NCBI GenBank assembly: GCA_024679065.1
Contig: JAGIQG010000043.1
Span: 1,922,001 to 1,986,000 of the forward strand
Source: Sphyrna mokarran
Lineage: Eukaryota
DNA: 64,000 nt
Direction: 5' to 3'
Below, in pieces: positions 26,255-39,818 of this stretch. Each line of letters starts with the position of its first letter. The stretch's first letter is position 1. The notes under the pieces are model-generated. The model was not told the DNA's origin. It worked only from the letters and a program-made list of their open reading frames with translations, and did not search any database. Both the position numbers and the translations under genes were made by a program.

Positions 26255-26552
26255 TGCTGCTTCACAACACTAGAAACCTGGATTCGATTCCCGGCTCGGG
26301 AACGGAGTTTGCACATTCTCCTCGTGTCTACGTGGGTTTCCTCCGGGTGCTCCGGTTTCCTCCCACATCCAAAGATGTGCAAGTTAGGCTGATTGGCCAT
26401 GCTAAAAAAATGTCCTTTAGTGCCCTGAGATGCATAGGTTAGAGAGATTAGTGGGTCAATTATATGGGGGTAGGGCCTGGGTGAGATTGTATTCGGTGCA
26501 GACTCGATAGGCCGTAAGGCCTCTTTCTGCACTTTAGGATTCCATGATCTAT
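26255..26552 (+). mobile_element. HE1-type SINE
   Basis: B-box GGATTCGATTCCC, HE1 core and tail. Confidence 0.75.
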
Positions 26553-28923
26553 GAATAATTTCAACGGTGGGTCCGAATGAGGCTGACTTGATGGATGTTC
26601 TCCCCGAGCAGCCAGCATCAGTCTCTATCATATAGAGCTGCATAGAAGGATCATTTGGATCCCAAAATGTTAACTCTGTTCTCTGCATAGATGCTCCAGG
26701 CGTATTGAGTTTATTCAGGATTTTCAGATTTTATTTCAGATTTCTAGCATCTGCAGTAGTTTGCTTTTGTACCAATATTTCTTTCAATCAGCACTTTCTC
26801 TAAGAGAATGGCACGTCAAATCAAGAGGCGAACTGTTTTGAGATGTAACTTATTATGCTCCAACATACGACTGTGATACATGTTCTCCACTCACCACCAT
26901 CACCGCCACATCCCCCACCACCCCGCCCCCCCCAAAAAAAATCAAAGTTAGATTCTGATTATAAGTTTACTACATAAGTATACAAACTTGTAATGTACCT
27001 TTGCAGTTTTGTAATACATTTACTCACGTTTAGATGGAGACATTTCCAAAGAAATGGTAATTATCTCGTTCGGTCAGCGTCACCAGTGAAGATGAAAATT
27101 GCATAACATCGTGATGCAGTAAAGACCTCGTGGTTTGCAAGTTGTTTGGCACACCCTCACACAGTCTCAAATAATGATGTGACGGAGTGCAGGAACAAGA
27201 AGGAGAATATGATGAACTGGTGCGTTAACAATAATCTGTCCCTCAATGTCAACCGAACAACAGAGACAGACATCGATTTCAGCAAACGTAATAAAGATTT
27301 GCCCTTCTTTGCATCAATGGTTACAAAGTAGAAATAGCCGAGTTTTTAACTTTTATGTGTCCAGGTCACCAACTTCCCGAACAATTGTAAATGAATCAGA
27401 TGAGATTTTCCTGACAATTGTATCATGATCATTAGTGAATTAATTCCAGTCATTTTTTATTGAATTCAAATTTTACTAAGTGCCCATGACGGGATTAACC
27501 TGGGCCCCCAGAACATGAACTGAGTTTGTGGATTATTGGCATTGCAGTAACACTAGGGGGCCATCGTCTCCTCATAAGTAACTGGGTGTGACGAAAGTGA
27601 TGATGACTGAAGGTTCCTGACAGAAGGGCATGTGAATCTTTGTGGGAAGTTGCGCTGCACTAGTTGCTCTAAGCTGTGCCAACTTCCAACACTGGTTTGA
27701 AGGCAGAAGGGTGCTGGGTGAGCGACTCTCATAACAACATAAGAAACAGGAGCAGGAGTAGGCCATCTAGCCCTTCGATCCTGCCCCGCCATTCAATAAG
27801 AGCATGGCTGATCTGAGGTGGATCAGTTCCACTTACCGGACTCCCCATAACCCTTAATTGCACTCGTTGCATGTGAGAGAATTTGAGAGTGAGCTGGCCT
27901 GGTATGTTGGAAAGAGGACAGGATTACGCCATGTTGTGAGAAGTTAACAGGTCCAGGCATGCAGTAGTCCAGATGTCCTTCGTGGTTTCCATAGTGCCAG
28001 AAGTTCAGAATTCAGATCAGACACAGAGAGGAACCACCACTTTTGACATCTGGCAAATGATGTGGAACAAGTTCCCTGCAACATTCCAAGGAGACGATGG
28101 AGGTGCAAAAGGAAGGCTTCTCAATCACAAGGAAAAACCCGAGGTCACCCTTTTCACTCCAATGCCAGCCACAGCTGGCCCCGTTTAGTTAGATACGTCC
28201 CCAAGCAAGCCAATTCGCTTGAGAATTAATACTTATCTCCGAACTCACCCTCCGATGCCTCACCACCAGTTTCTCTCTTGTCAAGAATTATGCCAAACTA
28301 CACCCAAGTGAATACCACTTGGCCGCTTAATCTGGGGTCGGGTTTGATTCCCAGTTTTTGTCACTACCTGTGTACGTTCTCCCCATGTCTGCGTGGGTTT
28401 TCTCGGGGAGCTCCGCTTCCCTCCCACAATCCGAAGGGCGTATCTATGAGATGTATTGGCCATGCCAATTTTTCCTTTAGTGCAGCCGACAGGAGTGTGG
28501 CAACTCGGGGATTTTTGCTTTAACTTCATTGCAGTGTTAATGTGAGCCTTCCTGTGACTAATAAATGAACTTAGTCAATGAACTAAACACTTTCCAGTTA
28601 AAGTTTTTGCATCATTATTGGGCTGCCGCCTGCTTCGTGAAGGATTCAAGAGTGACAGGAAAGGCATTTCTGCTGAATCCCAAGAACCCCCACGCCAGTC
28701 AGGAATCCCGAATTTCCGCCCACGCCCCTTTCACCGGAATTCACCCCTGCGGTTTGACAAGGGCAGAGAGTGCCCCCGCCCCCACCCATCCACACTGGAC
28801 AGGCAGAGAAAAGCCACAGGCACAAATCTCATCGGGTTCACATTTGAAATGAAGTAATGTTTAATTATAACATAATTATTGGTCAATAGAAATCACTGGT
28901 GCAGCGTTATAGTCGAAGAATCA

Positions 28924-28935
28924 TTTATTTTATTT
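28924..28935 (-). terminator. Putative polyadenylation signal(s) AATAAA of gene A1
   Basis: Minus-strand AATAAA hexamers about 330 nt after the stop codon. An AATAAA is also kept at the equivalent position in the paralog (about 6775-6782). Confidence 0.5.
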
Positions 28936-29260
28936 ACATAGATGAATTTTCAAATGAATAACAATCCTGTCAGTAACAGAAGTTATAGAATCTGTATTGA
29001 AGGCTTAGAGAAAAGTTCCTAGTGTCATTTCACACTTGAAAAACCAAAACATAATAGAATATCTTTCACAATACTGAAGAAGACACGTTACACATTTGAT
29101 AAAATGAGCCAGTCTTTCTAATCTGTGGCCCGTATGCGAGGAAAGTTGAGCTGTTTGACGAGAATGTACTTGCTCCCATGTTGATTTCCACAAGGCGGAG
29201 CATGCATTGGTACTTTTAGTCTCCTGTGTCATATACATCATAGACAAAGTGCCCCCATTC

Positions 29261-29338
29261 TCATTTCTGTCTCTTCTTTTTTGACCTTTTTTCCAATGCA
29301 ACCAAATCCAGGGAGGCATAGAGAGGTCCACCCTGAGA
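29261..29338 (-). CDS. Gene A1 exon 8: terminal coding exon (SQGGPLYASLDLVALEKRSKKKRQK*) with YxxL motif
   Basis: ttcccag| acceptor, 26 codons to TGA. Frame, Tyr motif and stop are conserved in the paralog at 7118-7195. Confidence 0.75.
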   Translation of the reverse strand, partial: SQGGPLYASLDLVALEKRSKKKRQK

Positions 29339-29446
29339 CTGGGAAATACATTCAATAGAAATGATCGACATGGTTAAAACAATGGGAACTTTTTTTTCCA
29401 AAATTCATTCGAATGCATTTTATTACAAGGGGTTCAATGCACTCAC

Positions 29447-29496
29447 CTGTATTCCACACTGCGTTTTCAACTTTGCCTCTGTTTGACGGTGACCTC
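29447..29496 (-). CDS. Gene A1 exon 7: cytoplasmic exon (GGHRQTEAKLKTQCGIQ)
   Basis: cacag| acceptor, 50 nt, CAG|GTGAGT donor. Only the phase 1-to-0 frame is open in both paralogous copies (29447-29496 and 7299-7348). Confidence 0.75.
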
Positions 29497-30043
29497 CTGT
29501 GTGTTAAGGGTTAAACTATGAATTGAAATGTCACTTCAACTATACAATCTATAAGTGCATCGAAACATCGGGCGCCAATGATCACCAGGATGTCAACAGT
29601 TTAATTTAAAGTGTCGCAGTGGGCTAATATTAAAACAGCAAAGTTACTACTGTAAAAAATACTCTGGTCGCCAAACACTGGCGCTTGTTTTGCTACACTG
29701 CGGAACAATTAAGCATCATCAATACATCTAACCAGCATGTATTTCGGACTGCTGGACGAAACTGGAGCACACGGAAGAAACCCACACACCCACTCGGGGG
29801 AAACATGCAGACTCAGCACAGATAGTGAATCAAGCTGGGAATCGAAGGTGGGTACTTGATGTTGCGAGGCAGCAATGCTAACTATGTTGACAGGCTATGA
29901 TCATTATCACACAGCTACTTATTTTCTTTCCAACACGAGGTATATTTCACAACTGTTCAGAGGCAGTTAGATTTAGCACTGTAGGCGAAGGGGACCAAAA
30001 GATCTGGGGAGAATGCGCTACTAGGCTACTGAGTTGGGTGGTC

Positions 30044-30385
30044 AAAGAACAAAGAGCAACACAGCACAGGAAACAGGCCTTCGGCTCTCCAAGCCTGCGC
30101 CGCTCATTGGTCCAACTAGGCCATTCGTTTGATTCCCCTCCATTCCCACCCTGTTCATGTGGCTATCCAGATAAGGTTTAAACGATCCCACCTTGCCCGC
30201 CTCTATCACCTTGCTTGGCAGTGCATTCCAAGCCCATTTGTGTAAAATATGTGCCTCTGATATCTGAGTTTCCATGTAGAACAACCCTAGCTGACCCAAT
30301 CTCTCCTCATAGCTGAGACTCTCCATATCAGGCAACATCCTGGTAAACTTTTTCTGCACCCTCTCCAAAGCCTCCACGTCCTTCT
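30044..30385 (-). mobile_element. CR1 3' fragment inserted in gene A1 intron 6, absent from the paralog
   Basis: EALERVQKKFTRMLP motif. The A2 intron is colinear across the site without it. Confidence 0.75.
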
Positions 30386-31791
30386 CTTATGACATGATCA
30401 GCCATGTTCAGAGTGAATGGCAGAGTAGGATCAAAGGACAGGGTGGCCTCTCACTGTTCCAATTTTGCTTGATCCTGTGCGAAGTTGCCAATGGATGGAT
30501 GAGGAAAATCTCCCACCAGTACTGATCGCTTGTTGTGCAACAAGTATATCACTACTTGTATTAATATTCCTTTTTGTGAAAACAGCAGCTACAAGTGTGA
30601 TTGTTGAACTTGTTGACGTTACAGAGTACACATTGTGGACAGAAATAGCAAGTGTACATGTTGCAGCTGACTCAACTAAACAAAGGAAGTGATGTCATTC
30701 CCTGGTTCATTCGTCGGGCCAATGCTTTGACCAATCAGTCAAACGACCTCTTTTTTAACTTTACATCAGGCAATAAAGAAGCAAATAACATATTGACATT
30801 CATAGGGAGGAAATTTGTGTACAGGAATAGGGACGTTTTGCTGTTATTGTATAGGACGTTTCGAGAGAAAAAAATGCGTGCATTTTGGTATCTCTATCTG
30901 AGGAAGGATCTCCTTGCTATAAAGGGCGAACAGCGAGGATTTTCCAGTTAATTCCTAGGATGTCAGTTCTATCATATAAGGAGAGACTAAGTCGGTTAGG
31001 ATTATAATCACTGGAGTTTAGATGAGTGAGATGGGATCGCAAATAAACTTATACAATTCTGAGAAGATCGGAGAGGATAAGTTCAGATTCTTTTTTTGCT
31101 ATGGCGAGATAGTAGAGAACATGGCGTCAAAGTTGGAAGATATGGGAAAAATCTTGTAGAACTGAGCTGAGGAGAAATTACTTCATCCAGAGGATGGCGA
31201 ATGTGTGGAATTCATTGCCACAGAAATTATTTGAGACCAAAAGATTGTCTGATTTCAGGAAGAAATTGTACATAGCTCTGGGAGCCAAACGCATCAAGAT
31301 CTATTGGGAAAGGTGAGGGGGGGATCAGTCATGATCATAATGAATAGTAAAGCAGGTTCAAATAGCCGAATGGCTTATTCCACCTTCTAGTTTCTAGGTT
31401 TCTACATTAACAAACGCAAGTACATAGCGCAAAATCATCAGTTCACTCCTGCTTCCTCGATAAAAAGCTACAACCAAGCACAGTCCACATGCAAAACGGG
31501 GGCATTGTCTTCGCAGAAAGAATGTACAATCTTTTCCCATAAATTTGTTATTCTTGTGTTTGCTGATGAACACAAAGCCAATAGCCCCACTGATATGCTT
31601 CCCCCCTCCTGCCCCCCCCCACCCTACTAATACTCAATATTCATCTTTTCTTTCAATCAGTTCTTCGCAGTTAACTATCATCACGAATCAACTGGTGCAT
31701 TCTCCGTGAAAACGCCTCTACCAATCAACTTCCTCCACATTTACTTTTCATTCTGGCATTTGACCTCCATAGACATGTCAAAGAAGCTTAC

Positions 31792-31826
31792 CTGTTTTTC
31801 GTTCCTTACTTCCTTCTTGCTGCCTT
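31792..31826 (-). CDS. Gene A1 exon 6: cytoplasmic micro-exon (RQQEGSKERKT), acceptor uncertain
   Basis: Strong donor CAG|GTAAGC. A phase 2-to-1 exon is required to keep exons 7 and 8 in their conserved frame. The acceptor is weak (GAG, or in-frame AAG 3 nt later). Confidence 0.5.
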
Positions 31827-32080
31827 CTCCCAGTGAAGCGAACGTTGGATGTGGAAAAAGAACACGATACAAATGTTAGATTTTGGATATCCTATCTCAA
31901 GCGCTGTGCATTGTTGAAAGAAGGATTGTCTAGTAATCGTACAGAAATAATGGAAAATAGAGACACACCAGTGGAATCAGTTTTTTTTTTGGGGGGGGCG
32001 TTGAAACAGTTTGACAAAATATAAAATAGAAGATAGAAAGAACAATGATAGTGAGATTTGCACATGTTTGTCTTACTCAC

Positions 32081-32111
32081 GTTTCATTGTGGGATCCTAT
32101 GTGTCTGTCTT
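32081..32111 (-). CDS. Gene A1 exon 5: cytoplasmic micro-exon (EDRHIGSHNET)
   Basis: ttttag| acceptor, 31 nt, |GTGAGT donor. The same exon with the same boundaries is conserved in the paralog at 8673-8703. Confidence 0.75.
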
Positions 32112-32213
32112 CTAAAATAGAAGAAGAAATAGTTAGCTAATTAAAATCTATAAGGAGGAAATCATATTGGAGAAACGGGTACTAAAATGTCCCAGATGAT
32201 CATTCATCCTCAC

Positions 32214-32315
32214 CTGATCTGCCTTTTTTACAACTCCAAATGGAAATAAGGATAAACAGTAGAATCATTATGATCAGGATAGGAATTCCAATAGAAACCA
32301 TCTTTGTGCACCATT
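32214..32315 (-). CDS. Gene A1 exon 4: stalk and transmembrane (EWCTKMVSIGIPILIIMILLFILISIWSCKKGRS)
   Basis: Polypyrimidine tract plus tatag| acceptor, 102 nt, phase 1-1, donor G|GTGAGG. About 21 hydrophobic residues followed by KKGR stop-transfer residues. Confidence 0.85.
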
Positions 32316-35300
32316 CTATAGAGATAAAAAAAATAGAAACTTACATCGAACAAATAATTCTTTTCCAGAGTTCTCTGAAGGGAAAAGTGACCCAATTAAA
32401 ATACGGATTCACCAAAGCAGGGGTGTGTGGAAAATTAAACACAGCTAATGGGATGGATAGAAAAGAATGAACACACAGAACAGAATTGATGACACAACAT
32501 TTGCTAGTAGAAATGTATTAATTGACAGCGCTATCATTTGTACCATTTTCACAGTGTATCAATATGTATAAGATCACAAGACTACAAGACATAGGAGAAG
32601 GATCTGCTCTGCTATTTAACTTTGCTGATATTTTTCTCACTCCAATTCTCCATAACCCAGGATCCTGTTATAAATCACGAAACAATCTATCTGTCTTAAA
32701 GACATTCAACGTCCAATATGGCGTCCACAGCCCTCTGCGGGAAAGAGCGCTACAGATTCACTACTATCTGACTGAACAAGTCCCTCCTTATCTCTGGTCT
32801 AACGGATGTTGCCTTTAGTCTGAGTTTGTGCCCTCCGCTTTTCTTTTAATTTTTCCCAGTGATGGAAACATCCTCTCCACCTCCACTCTGTCCAGGCCTC
32901 GCAGTTTCCTGTAAGTTTCAATTAGATCCCCAATTGTCCTTCCGAAGTCCAACAAGTACAGACTCAGAGTCCACAATCTTTCCCCATTCTCTTCATTCCA
33001 GGGATCATTCTTGTGTACCTCCTTCGGACCCTTTCCAGGCCCAGCACTTCCTTCCCTAGATACGATGAAAGCATCATTAAAAATTCTGATTTGTGAACAG
33101 ATTCAAAGAAGGATAATGTCCAGAAGGAACCTAGTCGGTCATCTTCCCATGGTTTGTTGATTGTCACAACTTCAACTGTTCGTTTCCTCCGTAATCGTAA
33201 ACGCTATTCACCATCAAGTATTAGCCAAATTCTCGTTTTCGGAATTCCTATTGTATCTGTTCACACCGCCTTTTCTAAACAAGTGTTCCAGATCCCAAAA
33301 CGTCATTGTGCGTAAAAAAATCAAAGTCTTGAGTATAGGAGTTGGGACGTAATGTTACAATTGTACAAGACATCGGAAAGGCAACAGTTGAAGTACTGTG
33401 CATAATTATGTTCGCTCTGATAATATGAATGATATAAACTGGGAATATGATTAAAAGAAATGTTACTAGGACAAGAAGACTTGAATTAAAAGGAACAATT
33501 GGATAGGCTGGAATGTTTTTGTGAACGTAAGAGATGACGGGCGACCGTAGAGAAGTTTATAAAATCATAGATAAGGTGAGAAGCCAATGTCTTTTCCTCA
33601 AGTAAGGGGGAGACCAAAACTAGAGAGGATAGGTTGAAGTGAGAGGGGAAAGATTTAAAATAGACTTGAGGGGCAACATTTTGCACACTGAGGATGGTGC
33701 CTGCATGGAATGAGCTGAGACAGGAGGTGGTAGAGCCAGGCACAATTACAACATTTGGAAGGCATTTGGACAAGAACATGGATGCGAAAGTTTTAGCGGA
33801 TATGGGCCAAACGCTGGCAAATGGGATCATTTCAGATTAGGAAGTCTGGTCGACATGGAGGAGGTGAGCTTAAGGGCCTGTATCGGTGATGTATAGCTCT
33901 ATGACTTGATGGCTCTTTGTACCAATCATCTTCAGTCTCTGCCCTTCCCCCCACCCCCCACCCCTTCCTCGGTTACTGACATTACTCATGGTGTGGAAAT
34001 GCCACCGTTGCACGGGGGTAAACACAGAAAGAAATCTCACAGCACAAGAATAAAGTCTAACAGGTTTATTTGTTTGTAAAAGCCATTGGCTTTCGTGGTT
34101 TGCCCCTTCGTGACTGGGAGTTCTAATCACAAACAGTGCATATAAAAGCACACACACAGTTCACAGGATACTGACGAAGGGGCAAACGCTGAAAGCTAGT
34201 GGCTTTTACTATCAAATAAACATTTTGGATTTTAAGTTGGCGTTTCTGAGACTTCTTATTGACTTTACTGTCAGTGGATTTTGTTTTACTAATCAAATGC
34301 TCTCGAGTTTGGAACATCGATTATATTTTTTTTAACCTTGACTGCTCGATGGAGTACAAGCCCAGCTCTTCCCTTCGCTCCCTGTTAACTGAATTCGCTC
34401 ACTCCTTCCTGATATTTCTCCTTTGCATCTCCTTCAAGCTTTTAATATTCTTCCCAAAAGTTTGTTCTCAGAAATGAAGACCATGCTATACACGTGTCCA
34501 ACCAGTGATTCGAATAGATTTAAATAAATTTTCTAGGTTTATTACTCAATTTTAAAAGTTCAGAGTTCATGTATAGATCCTTCAGCAGCCCACGTGGGTT
34601 TATCCTTCCATCTCCCAAGGTTTATGGAATTTCAGAATGATTACAGTGCACAGGCAAACAATTTACCCAATACTGGAAAGACAGAAGATGACGTGCGACC
34701 GGATAGAAGTCTATAAAATTATAAGAGGCGTAGCTAAGTGAAGAGTTGTAGCTAATGTGAAGAGCTGGTAGCTTTTCACCGGGACAATTACAAGGGGGCA
34801 AAAGTTCTTGATAAAAGCGGAACGTTCAGTATAGCTGTGCGAGGGAAGTTCTTTACACAGAGGGAGGCAGGGGTCTGGAATGCACTGCAAAGGCTTATTG
34901 AATAGACACGCGGATGGGCAGATGAATGCAGATGGTTGGACTAGATAGGTCACCGTGAGTGGTGCAGGCCTAGTAGGCTAAAAGTTCTACTACTGTGCTG
35001 TACTGTTCTTTGTTCTTTGATAACCTGCATTACATTTCTGAAAGGACAACTCAGTCACATTCTATCATTCTCCTCGACCTTGCTTTTTTTTTAAACAATT
35101 TAATTTATTCTCCAATTCGGTTTGGGCAGCCTCGAGTAATTGGGCCTCCAGTACAGTTCCGGATATTGCATTTCACATCCATTCTCCCCTCTCTACTTGC
35201 GTCTGCTCTGGATACTCTGGTTTCTTCCCATAATCCAAAAATGAGCAGGTTTGTTGGGTTAGCGAAAGCAAATTGCCCCCCAGCTGTCCAAAATGTGCAG

Positions 35301-35635
35301 ATAAATTGGATTTGCTGTGCTAAATTGAGCCTCAGTGCTCCAAGATGTATAGGTTGGGGGATTAGCGGTGTAAATGTGTTAGGTTACAGGGATGGGTAAA
35401 ATGCTCTGTTAGAGAGCCGTTGAAGACTTGATGACTTAAATGTCCCTGTTCTGCACTGTACGACTGCATGATTTGCCTAGATTCACGGCCAGACAATTAG
35501 TGACCGTATGAGGGATGTGTTCGACTTTTTTCCAACAGCCTAAATTCTATATTTGCTCTTAAAACATATATAATACCAGCACTGGGGCAGGCATATCCCA
35601 TTAAGGTCATCGAGCATACTTCCATACGATTATTG

Positions 35636-35940
35636 GGCGGCACGGTGGCATGCTGGAGTTAGCATTGCTGCCTCATATCGCTAGGGGCTCGAGTTCAATT
35701 CCGGGTCATTGTCAGTATGGAGTTTGCACATTCTCCCCATGTCTGCATGGTTTTCTCCCCGTGGTCTGATTTCCAAAGATATGCAGGTTAGATGAATTGG
35801 CAGTGCTAAATTGCTCCTTAGTGTCGGAGGTCTAACTAGTGTAAATTCATGAAGTTATGGGGGATTAGGCCTGGGTAGGATTATTCTTGCGCAGACTCGA
35901 TTGCTCGAATGGCCTCCTTCTGCACTCTGGGAGTCTATGG
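35636..35940 (+). mobile_element. HE1-type SINE in gene A1 intron 3, absent from the paralogous site near 10470
   Basis: GGGCGGCACGGTGGCA head, core and tail. Flanks are colinear with 10440-10490. Confidence 0.75.
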
Positions 35941-36169
35941 CTGATTAATAATGTTGTACAAAGTTACTGACATCAGAATGCTAAATTTAAATTTATATTA
36001 TGTGTGAGGAGGTATTTGTAAATTGATCAAAAGGGAGCAAAGCGAGATTAATTAATTCACCGCCCTCCAGAGCAAAATGTCAATTTCACCTCTTATCTAC
36101 TGCCTGTTTCTAAGGAGCCTGCAGTGTAGAACTGATCTTATCTCTATTAGGACATAATACCAAATAAAT

Positions 36170-38900
36170 AGGAGCAGAGATTGTCAATCTGGCTCCTCAA
36201 GCCTGTTCTGTCATTCAATAAGATGATGGCTGATCTTTTTGTGGACTCAGCTCCACTTACCCGCCTGCTGACCAAAACCCTTAATTCCTTTACGGCTCAA
36301 AAATCTATCTACCCTTGCCTTAAAAACATTCAATGCAGTAGCCTCAACTGCTTCACTGGGCAGAGAATTCCACAGATTCACAACCCTTTGTGTAAAGACG
36401 TTCCTCCTCAATTCAGACTTAAAACTGCTTCCCCTTATTTTGAGGCTGTGAACCCTAGTTCCAGTTTCATCCGCCAGTGGAAACATGCTCCCTGCTTCTA
36501 CCGTGTCTATTCCATTCAGAATCTTATATGTTTCTATAAGATCTCACCTCATTTTTCTGAATTCCAATGAGTAAAGCCCAGTCAACTCAGTTTCTCTTCG
36601 TAAGTCAACCTTTTCAACTCCGCAATCAACTTAGTGAATCTCCTCTGAACTCCCTCCCCAACGCAAGTATATATTTTTTTTCTCAAGTAAGGAAACCAAA
36701 ACTGTACACAGTATTCCAGGTATCGCCTCACCAGCAATTTGTACATCTGCAACATAATCTCGTTGTTTTTAAAATCCATCCCTCGAAAATGAAGGACAAA
36801 ATTCTATTTGCCTTCTTAATTATCTACTGCACTTGCAAACCAATTTCTTCAGATTCCTGCACAAGGTGGGTGCCAACTTTGTTTACCTTTAGCCCCAATA
36901 ATTTGTCCAACACTGCCTCCTTCGTGATACTGATAGTTTCTAGGTTCTCACCTGCTATAACTTTCCTGTCATCAAATTTTGGCATGTTACTTGTATTTTC
37001 TACTGTGGAAACTGGCACGAATTACCCGTTCAATGCCTCAGCCATTATTTCATTCCCAGTTATTACATTCCCCTTCTCATCCTCTAAAGGAGCAATGTTT
37101 TCGTTTAGCACTCGTTTTCGATTTACATATTTGTAGAAAATTTTGCTATCTGTTTTTTTTTATATTTTGAGCAAGTCCATAATCCTTCTTATCTTTTATA
37201 TAACGTTTTCTCGTGGCTTTCTGCTCACTTTTACATTTTTCCCAATCCTCTAAGCCCTTACTAATCTTTTTGGCTTCTATGCATTTCACTTCAATTTGAT
37301 ACCCTCCTTTATTTCCTTATGTATCCATGGTGGAGTACTTTTTTTTCCCCAGTACTTTCTTGTCATTACTATATACTTATGTGGAACACTGTGAACGATC
37401 GCTTTGAAGATCCTCCACTGTTTTTCAAGTGTCTCACCATAATGTTTTTGCTCCCAGTCTACGTTACCCAACTCCTCCCTCATCCCTTTATAGTCTCCTT
37501 CGTTTAAGCACAAGACACTGGTATTGGATTTTACCTTTGCACGCTCCATCTTTATTTTAAATTCAACCATACTGTGACTGCTTCTTCCAAGAGGATCCCA
37601 TAACTGCAAGATAATTAATTATTCCTGTCTCATTATACAGGACGAGATCTAGAACAGCTTGTCGTTTCCATTATATACTGTTCAAGGAAGCTATCATGCA
37701 TGCATTCTATGAACTCCTCCTCAAGGCTGCCTTGACCGACTTAGTTTGACCAATTGATATTTGATTAAAATCCCCCATGATAATTGCCGTACCATTTTTA
37801 CATGCCTCAGTTTTTTTTTCTTTGTTTATTTTTCGTCCCACCATGATTTCATATTTGATGGCCTATAGACTACGTCTATCAGTGGCATTTTTCTCTTTCT
37901 ATTGTAACTTCTTTTTTTCATAGAACCTATACCATCTCTCACTACCGCATCCTTAAATTTCAGAGCTACGCCACCTCCCGTAATTCCTTCCGAATAGTTT
38001 GACATCCTTGGATATTCAACTCCCAGCCATGACCATCTTTCAACCATGTTTCTGCAATTGTCACCAAATCATAATTGTTTGCAATGATTCGTTCTGTCAG
38101 TTCATTTACCTTGTTCCAAATGCTATGGCCATTCAGATAACGTGCGCTTATGCTATTTTTGTGTCTTCTTTTTGAATTCTAAAACTTTCATTAATAACAT
38201 CTCGTGAGTTCTCTTTCTTTTTAACTTTTAACTTTAACTTTAACTTTATTTTTTCCTGATTTTTGATGTAGTTGGATCTTACTCCCCACATCGTGTCTTT
38301 GTTCCCTCCTTCTCCGACTCTTTACGTAATTTCCCATCCCTCTGGCATATTAGTTCAAACTCTCTCCAACCACTCTAGCAAATAGACCCCCTCTGGCATC
38401 AGTCCCAGTCCTGTCAAGGTATAAGCCGTTCAATTTATTCAGGCCCCACCTCCCCTAGAACCGGAGCCAATGCTCCAGGAATCTGAAACCATCCCGCTGA
38501 CACCATTTCTTCAGCCAAGTATTTTTCCAATATGTCCTCTCATTTCTACTGTTGTTGGCATGGGGCACCGGTAGTAATCCTGACATTTTTATCTTAGGAC
38601 TGTTTAGGACTTTCTTCCTAGCTCCCTGTAATGTGTTTTTAGGGCCTCATTCCTTTTTCATCTATGTCGCTTGTACCAACGTGTACTTCGACTATTGGCT
38701 GTTTGTCCTCCCTCTTCGGAATGAACGGCAGCCGCTCCGGGACATCCTTGATCCTTGACGCAGGGAGGCAATATACCATCCCGGAATTTCGTTTGCGGCC
38801 ACAGAAAATCTGTCTAATTCCCCTTACAATGGAATTCCATATCACGATTGCATTCGCATATTTTTTTATCCCTGTCCTCTGCAGCAAAACCAATTGTTGA
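36170..38900 (-). mobile_element. Decayed, internally deleted CR1 LINE including an ORF1 (SGNH esterase-like) remnant
   Basis: VIWNSIVRG and VEVHVGTSDI resemble CR1 ORF1 GDS..RG and VHVGTND motifs. YRPSN, EN and RT fragments follow, then a 3' tail near 36180. Confidence 0.75.
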
Positions 38901-39254
38901 GCTTTCCGAGAAAGGTCATTCCTAGATTCATTTCCCAGAAAGGGGGACGGGAGCAAATAATAACCTTAGAAAGGGAAGTCATATCTGGATATGAAAGAGA
39001 AAACTTAAAGGGCTGGGGTGGGTGGGGAGGGAGTGTTGGAGGAGGAGGATGATCGTCCGAATACGATAGTTGAACAGACAGTGTAAGAATAATGGGCTGA
39101 ATGCAAGCTTTCTGTGTGAATATGTTAAAGATTTTTACATGTGTTTTCAGAAATACAAAGCGACAGCGAGAATAATATACCAAACACAAACCTATTCTGG
39201 GTTGGGTGCAACTGAATGCAGACTGGCATATTTTAACAACTGAACGCATCCAAA

Positions 39255-39755
39255 TGCTCAGATGAATATCTCTACACATACACACACACACACAGATAGA
39301 CAGACATATATCGATACACACACACACTCAGATATTTATCTTTGTACACAGATACACAGATATTTATCTATACACACGCATACACTCAGCTATTTATTTA
39401 AATACACATAGGAATACACAAACGCTCAAATATTTACCTATATGCACATGTACACACACGCTCAGGTATTTATCTGCACACATAGAAACACACACTCAGA
39501 TATTTATCGATGAGCACACATATTCATATACACACTCAGATATTTACCTATACACACAGAGAAACAAACACTCGGATATTTAGCCATGCACGTACATATT
39601 CATACATATGCTTAGCTATTTCTATGAACACGCACATAGACACACACACACACACATGTTCAGATATCTACCTATGCACGCACATAGACATACAAACACT
39701 TAGACATTTACATGTACACGCATATAGACACAGATGCGCTCAGAGATTTATCAAC
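39255..39755. repeat. CA-rich minisatellite with recurring (C)TCAGATATTTATCT units, directly 3' of the C1 exon
   Basis: Direct inspection. Confidence 0.8.
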
Positions 39756-39818
39756 TGAATTAATCCAAATGTCTAAAAAGTTGAATAGAAACTTACAATA
39801 TACATAGTAACATTTCAC

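Noticed and set aside
29005-29355. 116-aa ORF
   Set aside because: It is an off-frame reading of the last exon and 3' UTR. The YxxL frame is the one conserved in the paralog.
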